Source: Bdellovibrionota bacterium
Lineage (GTDB): Bacteria; Bdellovibrionota_C; UBA2361; CAKMMH01
DNA length: 64,000 bases
Assembly (NCBI GenBank): GCA_050952645.1
Contig: JBMNLI010000012.1
Span: 256,001-320,000, forward strand
Reading direction: 5' to 3'
Made by a program: the position numbers and the translations under genes. Positions 50,103-60,713 of this stretch are shown here, in pieces (position 1 is the stretch's first letter; every line of letters starts with the position of its first letter). Below the pieces are notes generated by a model. It searched no databases. It was not told the DNA's origin and saw only the letters and a program-made list of their open reading frames with translations.

Positions 50103-52055
50103 TTATTCTTTACTAGCTTTATCTTTATTAGATTTATCTTCTTTAGCTTTATTATTTTCAAGTGCGTTTCTAGTATCATCTTTTATATCATCATTTACAT
50201 TATTTTTAGTATCATCTTTAGAATTATTTTTTAAATCATTTTTTTCGTCGTTAGAAGAAATTTTTTTACCATCTACGATTTCATCTATTTCATCAGCATT
50301 AAGAGTTTCTTTTTCTAATACTCTTTTTGCTAGCTCTTCTAGTGTGTTTTTATTATCTAAAACTATTCTTCTTGTCGTATTATAACACTCATCTATTATT
50401 CTTCTAACCTCAGCATCGATTTCTAGTTGTGTAGTTTCAGAATACTCTCTAGCTTTACCAAACTCTTTTCCTAAAAACACGTGTTCGTCTTTAGATGAAT
50501 AATTTATAGGTCCTAACTTTTCACTCATTCCCCATTGACAAACCATTTTTCTTGCGATATTCGTGGCACTTTCAATATCAGAACTAGCACCAGTGTTAAA
50601 ATGGTTAAATACTATTTCTTCGGCAGCTCGTCCTCCCATTAGCACTACAATCTTATCTACTAAATAATCTTTAGAATAAGTATGCCTATCCGACTCAGGA
50701 AGCTGCTGCGTAACTCCTAGAGCCATACCACGGGGCACTATGGTTAATTTATGCACAGGATCTGCATTTTTTAGCTTTTTAGCCACTAGTGTATGCCCAG
50801 CTTCATGGTAAGCGGTAGTTTCTTTTTCTTCATCCGTAAGTATCAAAGAGCGTCTTTCAGCACCCATTAAAACTTTGTCTTTAGCAAATTCAAAATCTGA
50901 ATTTTCTACCTTTTCTTTATTTTGTCTAGCCGCATAAAGCGCTGCTTCATTTACTAAAATCTCTAAATCTGCACCTGAAAATCCAGGAGTGCCCCTAGCT
51001 ATAATTTCTAAGTCTACATTATCTGCTAGAGGAGTTTTTCTAGTATGAACTTTTAATATCCCATGGCGTCCGTTAATATCTGGTCTAGGCACTACTACTT
51101 GTCTATCAAATCGTCCTGGGCGAAGAAGCGCAGGGTCTAGCACGTCTGGTCTATTAGTAGCAGCAATCAAGATTACCCCTTCATTACTTTCAAAGCCGTC
51201 CATTTCAACTAAAAGTTGATTTAGAGTTTGCTCTCTCTCATCGTGTCCCCCACCCATACCTGCTCCACGATGGCGACCTACGGCATCTATTTCATCTATA
51301 AAAATTATGCAAGGAGCATTCTTTTTTCCTTGAATAAATAAATCCCTTACCCTTGAAGCTCCAACACCTACGAACATTTCAACGAAATCTGAGCCTGAAA
51401 TACTAAAAAAAGGAACGCCAGCCTCTCCTGCTATGGCTCTAGCTAAAAGCGTCTTTCCAGTCCCAGGGGAACCTACTAAAAGCACTCCCTTTGGAATTCT
51501 ACCTCCTAATTTTGAAAATCTTTTTGGTTCTTTTAAAAATTCTATTATTTCTTCAAGCTCTGCTCTAGCTTCATCTATTCCAGCAACGTCTTCAAACGTA
51601 ACTTTATTTTGATTTTCATTTAAAAGCTTTGCCTTAGATTTTCCAAAACTCATTCCTTTTCCAGAGTTCATTGAAACTTGGCGCATAAAAAATACCCATA
51701 TAGCTATGATTATTACTAAAGGAAGCAAGTTTATTAAAACTAAATAATACCAAGGCTCTTCTTTTTCTTCCTTAACCTCTATCTCAACACCTTTTTTATT
51801 TAATTTATTTATAAGCTTTGGATCGTCTGGGGCGATAGTTGAAAACTGTTCAATAGTATCGAAATATGAGCCAGTTATTTTAGAACCAGATATTTTTACA
51901 GATTTTATATTGCCAGATTCTAATTTTTGATAAAAATTGTGAATAAGAAATTTCAGAACTCTTTTTTATGTCAGGATTCATCGGCACCATATAGAGAAAA
52001 AATCATTATCGGCAAGGAAAACCCAAAATATTAAATTCTTTACTGTTTGGTTCAC
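50103..52055 (-). CDS. ftsH: ATP-dependent zinc metalloprotease FtsH (three +1 frameshifts in the first ~120 nt, probably artefact)
   Basis: [17 protein letters not shown] and HEAGH motifs. A GTG at 52055 with AGGAG RBS gives [12 protein letters not shown]…ISYSQF after removing three duplicated bases. Confidence 0.95.
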
Positions 52056-52204
52056 GGAAAAAACTCCTAATAAAAATAAAAAAACACTAGTAAATATAAT
52101 AAACTTAACTCTAGTTAAGAGCAATAAGCTAATAAAACTATTTACCTTAAATTCTCGTAAAAAATAAAAAAAACATTCAAAATAATAAAAAATAAGTTAT
52201 ACGA

Positions 52205-52654
52205 TTAGAATTTTCCAGATGAACCAAACCCACCGTGTCCTCTTTCAGTTTCTCCGAGTGCCTCTAGGGAATCTTCTTCCTTAGCCGAAACTAAACAAGG
52301 AACTACTATGGCTTGAGCAATTTTTTCACCTTTTAATAGAGTTTGTGGTTCCCTCGCTTTCATTTGAAAGAACTATTTTTAGCTCTCCTCTATAACTAGC
52401 ATCGATAACGCCAGCATGGGTATATATGCGTCCTTTTAGAAGCCATGCTAGACCTATCTTTAATAATCATTACGTAGCCTAGCGGTATAGCAAAATGTAG
52501 TCCCGTGCTGACTAATGCTTGCGTCTTAGGTGCAATAGTTATCTCGTTAAATGCTCTTATATCAAAACCTGCATCACCTAAATTGAGGTATAACTAAGTC
52601 TATTCCACTTTCTTTTGCTTCTTTAGTTAAGAAAAATTTTAATTCTGCATTCAT
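52205..52654 (-). CDS. dut: dUTP diphosphatase (three +1 frameshifts, probably artefact; absent from the ORF track)
   Basis: The reconstructed translation has GDAGFDI, DRSS.A, AGVIDASYRGE, GEKIAQ and TERG.GGFGSSG (all five dUTPase motifs). Confidence 0.9.
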
Positions 52655-52659
52655 AATAT

Positions 52660-52730
52660 CTCTCGCTTATAATATCTAGCTTATAATATTCTAGATTATA
52701 ATATCTAGATTATAATATCTAGATTATATA
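52660..52730. repeat. Imperfect ~13-bp tandem repeat (ATAATATCTAGAT)
   Basis: About 5 copies immediately upstream of dut. Confidence 0.8.
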
Positions 52731-52925
52731 ACAGTTATCGTTAACTAAATTCTTCACGTTTTAAGGTGTTTTTAAATCCTAAAAAATTAGCATCATCCAC
52801 CCACAGAAGCCCAAAAGAAAATTGACTTTAAATGAATTTGCATAAAATAAATTACTTTTAATATAGCTGTAATTTTTTTTTGAAACTATAGCTAGTTTTA
52901 TATAAAAGTCAATTTTCTTTTAAGC

Positions 52926-54823
52926 GTGTGCCGGGCACGACATAGTTCTAGCGGGTGAAAGTCCCGTCACGGGTAGTTGTCACCAAGTGTAGTGATGCCA
53001 CAAGCTCGAAGCAGTAATGTTAGAGTGAAGGAAGTGGCGGATCAAAACCAAGGAGCCTACGAACAGAAACCAGATACAAGGCTAAATGGTGGGTGAGGTT
53101 GCGCTACAAACCGAAGCCCTAAAGACAAACGTAAAACCAAACGAGTAAATCTGGAGGTTGTCTGGTGAAAGAACTATGCCTTACCCCGGGAGGTCCAGAT
53201 AAGCGTGCTATGCACGTGCGATATAAAGCTTATATCTGGAAGTCAGTTGATACCATAGTACTTGAGACACCACTCAAGGAAGGGTTGAACGTTAATATAT
53301 TGTGAATCACTGTAAGCAAGGCTAGAAGAGTCCGAAATTGAAGATATGCCTAACAAACAGGAACGTAACCTGTGGGGGCAGAAGATAGAGGGGGTGTTTT
53401 CTAGTAGCTTTACAAACAGAGGGAGGAGCAACAGGTGGAATTGATTGAACTGATTATATCAGACAAAAATATAGATGAGGCTATAAAGGCTGTTAAGCGA
53501 AATAAAGGTGCATCTGGTGTAGATGATATGCCAGTAGATGAGCTTGAAGACTATTTTGCCGTTCACAGAGAAGAGATAAAATCTCAGATACGTGAAGGGA
53601 ATTATAAGCCGAGTCCAGTTAAGAGAGTGTATATACCTAAAGCTAATGGTAAGATGAGACCTTTAGGAATACCTACAGTAGTAGATAGGGTAATTCAACA
53701 AGCGGTAGCGCAAATACTAGCACGCGGATACGAAAAAGTATTTTAGTAATAGTAGCTATGGCTTTAGACCTAGAAGGAATTGCCATCTAGCAGTATATAG
53801 AACTCTTGAGTACTTGAAAAGAGGCTATGATTGGGTTATAGACCTAGACATAGAGAAATATTTTGATACTGTTAATCACGACAAAATTAATTTTCGATAA
53901 TCAGGGAACGCATCAAAGATGCGAAGACACTACGATTGATAAGACAGTTCTTAAGAGCTGGTATAATGGAAGATGGATTGTTTACTGTAAGTGAGAAAGG
54001 AGTTCCGCAAGGAGGTCCATTATCCCCAGTATTATCTAACATATACCTTGATAAGCTCGACAAGGAACTGGAAGCAAGAGGACTTAAGTTTGTTAGATAT
54101 GCCGATGACTGTAATATATTTGTTAGAAGTGAAAAGGCTGCTAATAGAGTAATGAAGTCCGTTGCGAGTTGGTTGGAGCGTAAGCTACGACTTAAAATTA
54201 ATTCAAGTAAGAGTAAAATCTCTAGGCCGACGGAAAGCACTTTCTTAGGCTTTACCTACTGGAAGAGTGGGTATAAAACTTGGAAATGTAAACCTGCTGA
54301 AGATCGCAAACGAAAACTCTATGATAAAACTAGAGAAATTCTTTGTAGACGGAAGGCAATGGCACGAACGTTAGGTTCGACATTTCAACAGCTAAGCTGG
54401 TTAATTAAAGGTTGGATAAACTATTATAAGATAGGAACTCTTAAGACTTTTATAGATAAATATGGTCAATGGCTTAGACACAAAGTGAGGGTTATAATAC
54501 TTAAACAGTGGAAATTGCCGAGACGAATCTATCTAAATCTTAAGAAATTGAACCGAATGCTTGGTTGCAATTTTAGAAATGAAGAAATCTATAAGGTTGC
54601 TAACAGCAGACTCGGCTGGTATAGACGCAGTTCGTGGTACGTAGTGAATTATGCATTAAGCCCTAAAATATTGGGGCGTAAAACAAAGGAACGAATTGGT
54701 TTAATCGACCCTTTGACGTATTACCTGAGTATTACTTGATATTATATTAATGGAGCGCCGTATACGAGACCCGTACGTACGGTGCGACGGGAGGGAGAGG
54801 GTATAGCCCTCGCTCTACCCTAT
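52926..54823 (+). mobile_element. Group II intron, class IIC
   Basis: 5' GTGTG; IIC-type domain I (GGGTGAAAGTCCC, TGAAGGAAG, GAGTAAAT, CTTACCCCGGGAGGTC); domain V GCGCCGTATACGAGACCCGTACGTACGGTGC with CGC triad; domain VI ending CTACCCTAT. Confidence 0.95.
53435..54739 (+). CDS. ltrA: Group II intron reverse transcriptase/maturase, no endonuclease domain (three +1 frameshifts at about 53735 and 53885-53895, probably artefact)
   Basis: NKGASGVD, RPLGIPTVVDRVIQQA, SYGFRP.R, DLDIEKYFD.VNH, GVPQGGPLSP.L.NIYL, RYADD, FLGF, GWINYY. Confidence 0.92.
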
Positions 54824-54896
54824 TAACTCCCAAAAATAATTTTTCTAACCCACCTAAAACGTAAAGAACCTTTAACTATACTATTTAACTATATCA

Positions 54897-56977
54897 TTAA
54901 AGCAAAGCTTTTCTAGAGAGCCTTATTTTACCGAATCTATCGACCTCTAAAACTTTCACTTCAATCTCATCGCCAATTTGCATCTCGTCTTCTACTCGCC
55001 TAATTTTCCTATTAGCGATCTCTGAAATATGTAAAAGCCCATCGGTGCCAGGTAGAATTTCAACGAACGCCCCAAAGTCTGCTATTCTTTTCACTATACC
55101 TTTGTATACTTTACCAACCTCGGCTTCAGCTACAATGCTTTCTACTACCGTTAGGGCTGAATTTATATCATCTTGATTAACTGCCGTAATTGCTACTATG
55201 CTATCATCTGAAATATCTATCTTAACATTATAAGACTCTTGAATAGACCTAATGGTTTTTCCGCCTTGCCCTATAATATCTCTTATCTTATCAGGATTAA
55301 TTTTTAGCGTTACTATTTTAGGAGCGTAGCTACTAATCTCATCTTTAGGTTTACTTATAACCTCGTTCATTTTAGAAAGGATAAACATTCTTCCTTCGTA
55401 AGCTTGTGCTAAGGCTTTTTCTAGAATTTCTTTATCTAGTCCTTTTATTTTAATATCCATTTGAAGTGCAGTTACGCCTTTAGCAGTTCCGCAAACTTTA
55501 AAGTCCATATCTCCTAAGTGATCCTCATCGCCGAGAATATCCGTTAGAACTACGAAATCATCACCTCTTTTCATTAGTCCCATTGCTACGCCTGCTGCTG
55601 GTGCTGTGATAGGAACGCCTGCGTCCATTAACGCTAAACTAGAACCGCACACGGTCGCCATGGAACTAGAACCGTTGCTTTCAGTGATTTCTGAAACTAT
55701 TCTTATTACGTAAGGAAACTCTTCTTCAGGTGGCAAAATAGCGCTTACAGCACGTTCTGCTAGAGCACCGTGCCCAATTTCACGTCTCCCTGGGCCCCTT
55801 ACAGGCTTAGTTTCACCTACTGAAAACGGTGGAAAATTATAGTGTAAAATAAATTTCTTTTTTGCATCATCTTCCATTAAATTATCGATTCTTTGTGCTT
55901 CGCTTTCAGCTCCTAAAGTGGTCGTAACTATAGCTTGAGTTTCCCCACGAGTAAAAAGTGAAGAACCGTGCGTTCTAGGTAGAACTCCAATCTCTATAGA
56001 GATAGGTCTTACCTCGTTAAATGCACGTCCATCTATTCTTTTTCCTTTATCGAAAGCAAACCCTCTAACGATTTGATAATTTAAATCTTCAAATATTCTA
56101 TCTATTTGAACTTTAATGTCGCTTGCGTTTTCATCATCTTCTTTAACGAACTCTTCTACTAGTTTTTCTTTCGCTAATTTTACGGCTTTTGCTCTTTCTA
56201 ATTTTTCTTTTACTTGAACTGCGTTTTTAATATCTTCAGAAATAAATTTTTTTACATCGTCAAACAATTTTTCATCGTATCTAGTATGCTCAAAAACTAT
56301 TTTTTCTTTTCCTGCTTGTTTAATTAAATCTTCTTGAAGCTCGATAAGTATTTTTAATTCATTATGAGCATATATAAGTGCATCTAGCACCTCACTTTCA
56401 GGCACTTCTTTAGATTCTCCTTCTACCATTACTATTGCATCTTTAGAACCAGCAACGATATAATTTAAATCTGCATTTTCTCTTTCAGTTGGACTTGGAT
56501 TTAATCTTTAGTTTGCCGTCTATCCTACATACTCTAACTGCTGCAATTGGTCCATCAAAGGGTATCTCTGAGATTGATAAAGCTGCTGATGCACCGCACA
56601 AAGCTAGAACGTCTGTATCGTGTTCGCCCGTCTGCGCTCATAACGGTCGCAATAACTTGCACTTCTCTATTAAATCCATCTGGGAAAAGCGGTCTACAAG
56701 GTCTATCTATAAGTCTTGAAGTTAGCGTTTCAGCATCGCTAAGTTTTCCTTCTCTTTTAAGAAATCCTCCAGGAATTTTTCCTGCTGCATAAGTTTTTTC
56801 TACATAATCTATGGTAAGAGGAAAAAAATCTCCCTCTTTTTCTTCTCCTAGACAAGCCGTAACGAGCACCACTGAGTCGTAATATCTTACGAGCACTGCT
56901 CCTGCTGCTTGTTTAGCTATTCTTCCTGTCTCTATACTAAAATTACCACCATGAAAGTCTTTCTGTACTATAAACAT
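54897..56977 (-). CDS. pnp: Polyribonucleotide nucleotidyltransferase (two +1 frameshifts at about 56500 and 56628, probably artefact)
   Basis: [59 protein letters not shown] and S1 domains. Confidence 0.96.
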
Positions 56978-57429
56978 CGATTCACCTCTTTTATTTATTA
57001 TTTATTATTTATTATTTATTATTTATTATTTTATTTTACACTACTACTTAAATATTATACTTAATTTTAACACTCTACTTTAACACTCTACAACATCTTA
57101 TATCAAAATATCTTACGCTAAATAACATCTTAATATTAAACATTTTACATTAACTATTTAAACTATATACAAGTTAGCACTACTATTTAAATATATTATT
57201 AAATATATTATTAAAAAGATGTATTAAAGAGAATTTTTGAAAAACATTACTCATCTTAAAAAAATTATAACAATCAAACTAAAAACTAAACTTAAAATTA
57301 AGAAAACTTTTTAATTACTCTATTTAAAAAATTATTTATTTTATAAACGCTTAAGATGAATTAAATTGAAAAAATTTAAATTTAAAAAATTATTTACTAA
57401 GGTATTTACTTTAGCTTATTTACCTTGGC

Positions 57430-57705
57430 TTATTTACGTAGACCAAGTTTAGCGATCAACTCTCTATATCTTTCAACGTTTTCATTTCTTAAATATTTTA
57501 ATAAACTTTTTCGACGAGAAATTAGTTTTAACATTCCTCTTTTTGAATGTTCATCTTTTTTATTAGTTTCAAAGTGTGTAGATAAATTTAAAATACGATC
57601 AGTTAACAAAGCGATTTGAACTTCTAGAGAACCCGTATTACTTTCTTGTCCTCCGTATTCTTTAATCAATAATTTTTTTCTCTCAGCAACATCTGCTACA
57701 CTCAT
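57430..57705 (-). CDS. rpsO: 30S ribosomal protein S15
   Basis: [17 protein letters not shown]…D.HSKRG…LGLRK; rpsO-pnp synteny. Confidence 0.97.
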   Translation of the reverse strand: MSVADVAERKKLLIKEYGGQESNTGSLEVQIALLTDRILNLSTHFETNKKDEHSKRGMLKLISRRKSLLKYLRNENVERYRELIAKLGLRK

Positions 57706-57749
57706 TTAAAAATCTCCTATAAAATTATTTCTACAAAAATCAAGATTAA

Positions 57750-57778
57750 AATTTAACAGATTATTTTAATAAAGTCAA
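57750..57778 (-). promoter_or_regulatory. Putative sigma70 promoter of rpsO
   Basis: TTGACT-17 nt-TAAATT with a TGn extension, 45 nt upstream of the start. Confidence 0.55.
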
Positions 57779-57889
57779 TTAAGTATATTGATTATATACG
57801 TTTTGAAAGTAGGTTTTGTTAGAGGTAAAATTTTTTTAGATAGTTTTGATTTTTTGATAAATATTAAATAATAATTAAAAATAGATTAT

Positions 57890-57931
57890 AAAAAAAGGTA
57901 GCTCGAAAGTGGATCTTCCCACTTTCGAGTT
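57890..57931 (-). terminator. Intrinsic terminator
   Basis: GCTCGAAAGTGG/CCACTTTCGAGT stem plus T-run on the minus strand. Confidence 0.75.
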
Positions 57932-57962
57932 TATACCTTTGCAAGTTTACGGAAGCTGTTTT

Positions 57963-58325
57963 TTAAGCAGCTGTAACACCTCCAAGGCGTACAACTACTA
58001 TAGCTCCTTCCTTAAGTTCTTTCCCATCAGGTGTTCTCCCGGTTTTTCGTATTATTACCAAAATCTGATGGAGAATAACGCGAGGCTGACCCCTACTCGT
58101 GGCAACGATATCTAGAATATCGCCATCGTATTCTTTTCCTTTTAAATTTTTACTCGTATTAGAGTGGTAAATGGCATAGCAATTCTCAGCTACTTTCGTC
58201 ACGATCGCAAGACAGCCTGCTTTAATTCCATCTTCTTCGATAGTTCCATTGAAAAAAACGAAAAAAAACTCCTGGCCTTCAGGTAAATTCACTGATACCG
58301 CATTATTATCAACAGTATTTTCCAT
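57963..58325 (-). CDS. Orphan hypothetical protein
   Basis: ORF with likely ATG at 58325 after GAAGG and its own terminator. Confidence 0.7.
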   Translation of the reverse strand: MENTVDNNAVSVNLPEGQEFFFVFFNGTIEEDGIKAGCLAIVTKVAENCYAIYHSNTSKNLKGKEYDGDILDIVATSRGQPRVILHQILVIIRKTGRTPDGKELKEGAIVVVRLGGVTAA

Positions 58326-58495
58326 TAAAAACCTTCTTTCTAAGCTAGTCAAAGCAAAGTAGTCCCTTTGTAAAAACTAAAGGACTGTTAAAACCGACAT
58401 AACTTTTTTAGTGTACCTTAAAAACTAATTAAAGAAAATGGTAAAAATTATAAAAATTTATTTAATCTTCAAATAACGCTTTACGTTCTTTATAT

Positions 58496-58546
58496 AAAAA
58501 AAAAGCCTCGGAGCGAAAAAAGGTTTTCCTTTTTCGCCCGAAGCTT
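58496..58546 (-). terminator. Intrinsic terminator
   Basis: Long hairpin AAGCCTCGGAGCGAAAAAAGG…CCTTTTTCGCCCGAAGCTT followed by T9 on the minus strand. Confidence 0.8.
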
Positions 58547-58563
58547 ATATAACGATTAGCTTT

Positions 58564-59013
58564 TTAGCTGTTCGAGAGTTTAGCAAGCGTTTCATCACGC
58601 CACGCTTTTATTTCATCTTGGTGGGCTTCCTCGGCTTTTAGTACTTCAGCTTTTTCCATAAGGTGTTTTCCATGGAGTGCTGCATGGAGCCCTACGATTT
58701 TTGTATTATCATCACCCCAAAAACAAACGTTCCCATTTACGAGGCTTTCGTCGCCATTGCGATCGATACTTTTTTCCCAAATAACTGTAATTTTCCCAGT
58801 GTCGCTAATTTTGATGATGTTTTTATCTAGCAAATCATCAAAAGAGCTAATATAATCAGTGCCAACAAAGCAGGCTTGAAGTCGACCTTCTTTTTTTAGA
58901 TAGACTACTTCAGACTTTTTACCAAAAATTGTGGAGGTTCTGATCGCATCTCCGTACTTTTCAGGAACAAAACAATTTCGAGTAGGAACGCCAAACTTAG
59001 CATCTAAAGACAT
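58564..59013 (-). CDS. Orphan hypothetical protein
   Basis: 149 aa, AAGGAG RBS, own terminator. Confidence 0.8.
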   Translation of the reverse strand: MSLDAKFGVPTRNCFVPEKYGDAIRTSTIFGKKSEVVYLKKEGRLQACFVGTDYISSFDDLLDKNIIKISDTGKITVIWEKSIDRNGDESLVNGNVCFWGDDNTKIVGLHAALHGKHLMEKAEVLKAEEAHQDEIKAWRDETLAKLSNS

Positions 59014-59160
59014 AGCAGTCTCCTTTTATTTTTAAAACCTATTTAAGTCGTGCCTAAAAAGTTTAAGGATTTTTTATCCTTTAACCTTTTTACGATAATA
59101 TCTTATTAATTCTTATTACTAAAGTATAACATAAGCGAACACTTATGCTTTTAAAGAAAT

Positions 59161-59373
59161 TTAATCTTGAGGAAAAATCTTTTTGATATTTCCTTGGGAT
59201 ATATCCTTTAATTCATCTTCGGTAATAGGTCTTACATCGCGTCCTACAAAGCGACGAACGATGTTAGGAATGTTTCTTACGATTTTATCCAAATAAATTT
59301 TATTATCTTTTATGGCTAAGCCAAATTCTTCTAATTTTTGGGCATTAATTTCACAAATGCCAAACCCCTTCAA
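59161..59373 (-). pseudogene. 5'-truncated paralog of 60714-60989
   Basis: KGFGICEINAQKLEEFGLAIKDNKI aligns with KGHGVLTISPEELEEAGLTIREGKI. It begins directly at a terminator T-run with no RBS. Confidence 0.6.
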
Positions 59374-59374
59374 T

Positions 59375-59411
59375 AAAAAAAATACTTAGGGAGCAAAATT
59401 ACTCCCTAAGC
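59375..59411 (-). terminator. Intrinsic terminator (repeat copy 1)
   Basis: CTTAGGGAGT-AATTT-TGCTCCCTAAG-TATTTTTTTT on the minus strand. Confidence 0.85.
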
Positions 59412-59504
59412 GTTATACATTTATGAACTTTAAGCTATATAAACTCAAGCTCAAACCAAACCAGAATGATTTAACTATCTTATGCAATTAAGCGATTTTT
59501 TAAT

Positions 59505-59645
59505 TTAGACTTTAATAGTATTTGATGCATCTTCAAGCATTTTGCGATACTTATCGAAGTCTTTAAATGAATATTCGCCAATTGATGAAGTAACTTCGCC
59601 TCCTGTAGCTTCTAGAAACATAGTCTGATTGAGTTCGTTAAGCAC
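59505..59645 (-). CDS. Small ORF (46 aa) or frameshifted C-terminus of 59648-60010
   Basis: GTG…VLNELNQTMFLEATGGEVTSSIGEYSFKDFDKYRKMLEDASNTIKV* starts 2 nt after the upstream stop. Confidence 0.45.
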   Translation of the reverse strand: MLNELNQTMFLEATGGEVTSSIGEYSFKDFDKYRKMLEDASNTIKV

Positions 59646-59647
59646 CT

Positions 59648-60010
59648 TTAATCAGGGGTTTCTAAAATCAACTTTCCTGCTTGAGACTCGACATTAACTC
59701 TTAATTGTCCAAATTTGCGATTTGGAGCAAAATAATCAAGAGATAACCCTACAACTTCAAGCAGTTCAATTGGAATAGCGTACCCAAGAATAGTCCAAAC
59801 CCATTTTGTAGGGTCTACACTATATAAATAACCTTCGTCAGCGCTATACCCATTTGAAGTACAACTAATTTGCTCCTCGTTTCGCATAAGATTTAGAGCT
59901 TTGATTTTTGCCAATAACTCTTTTTCATCGCCACTAAAAAACGGGATATCATCCACTCCCTCTTTGGGTGTTTTATTAGGCGGCTCCGCAATAGTAGGAT
60001 CATTTTCCAT
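59648..60010 (-). CDS. Orphan hypothetical protein
   Basis: 120-aa ORF in the orphan array. Confidence 0.7.
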   Translation of the reverse strand: MENDPTIAEPPNKTPKEGVDDIPFFSGDEKELLAKIKALNLMRNEEQISCTSNGYSADEGYLYSVDPTKWVWTILGYAIPIELLEVVGLSLDYFAPNRKFGQLRVNVESQAGKLILETPD

Positions 60011-60140
60011 CGTTAGCTCTACTTTCCGTAGTTATGGAACCTAAAAAGTAAGAAATTTACACTATAAAACCGATTAAAAATAATTGGTTTCTTTAATGCA
60101 AAAACGCCAAATTCACCTATTATCTTTCTAAAAATAGATT

Positions 60141-60176
60141 AAAAAAATACTTCGGGAGCAAAATTACTCCCGAAGC
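60141..60176 (-). terminator. Intrinsic terminator (repeat copy 2)
   Basis: CTTCGGGAGT-AATTT-TGCTCCCGAAG-TATTTTTTT on the minus strand. Confidence 0.85.
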
Positions 60177-60234
60177 GGACTAGACAAAACCTAAAGTATA
60201 GGTCTTACAAACGACTAGTAAATATCAAAGAACG

Positions 60235-60612
60235 TCATTCGCTTTTTTTTTCGTATTCGGCCAAGCAACCTTTAATGGTTTCTTCGTCGACAGTTCGATA
60301 TAAACGCTTGCCACATAACCCCAAATATTCACAGGAGTTATTTTCATCGAGAATTTGCAAACACTCATGTTCGTCAAGTCGTAAATTATCCCTACGAAGA
60401 TCATTTGCTCTTAAAGGAACAACCAAGTAATCTTTACCTATTCCTTGAGTTAAATGTTTAACAGGGTTAAGACCTTTATAAACACAATCATCCCAAGCCT
60501 CTTGATTTAATATAACGATCGACCAATCACTAGGGGTAATACCATTTTCAGCGGTCGAAAGTCTTTGCTCCCTTAAAAAATCATCGAAACTTTTTTTACT
60601 TTTACCACTCAC
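60235..60612 (-). CDS. Orphan hypothetical protein
   Basis: 125 aa, AAGGA RBS before GTG, own terminator. Confidence 0.75.
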   Translation of the reverse strand: MSGKSKKSFDDFLREQRLSTAENGITPSDWSIVILNQEAWDDCVYKGLNPVKHLTQGIGKDYLVVPLRANDLRRDNLRLDEHECLQILDENNSCEYLGLCGKRLYRTVDEETIKGCLAEYEKKSE

Positions 60613-60653
60613 AGCTTTTTATCCTTTACAAGCTATATAGATTAACCTTACCT

Positions 60654-60685
60654 AAAAATAAGGGCTGCTATAAAAACAACCCTTA
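60654..60685 (-). terminator. Intrinsic terminator
   Basis: TAAGGGTTG…CAGCCCTTA-TTTTT on the minus strand. Confidence 0.7.
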
Positions 60686-60713
60686 AATACGCCTAAAATC
60701 ACGTCATCGATAC

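Larger units (their letters stand above)
52748..54870. mobile_element. MITE family B full-length copy, interrupted by the group II intron
   Basis: 52748-52925 plus 54824-54870 rejoin to match 44108-44329; flanks GTTAACTA/TTTAACTA (7/8). Confidence 0.88.

Noticed and set aside
52813..52921. Separate nested mini-element inside MITE B
   Set aside because: Its absence from the 28694 copy is explained by deletion between CCCAAAA microhomologies, and I found no independent copy outside MITE B context.
53435..54739. Retron, DGR or defence RT
   Set aside because: The RT has YADD and a maturase X domain and lies within complete group IIC intron RNA boundaries with domains V and VI.
50103..56977. Genuine pseudogenisation or programmed frameshifting of ftsH, dut and pnp
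   Set aside because: All lesions are +1 base duplications clustered in one stretch, with otherwise intact motifs. Sequencing error is more parsimonious, though untested without reads.
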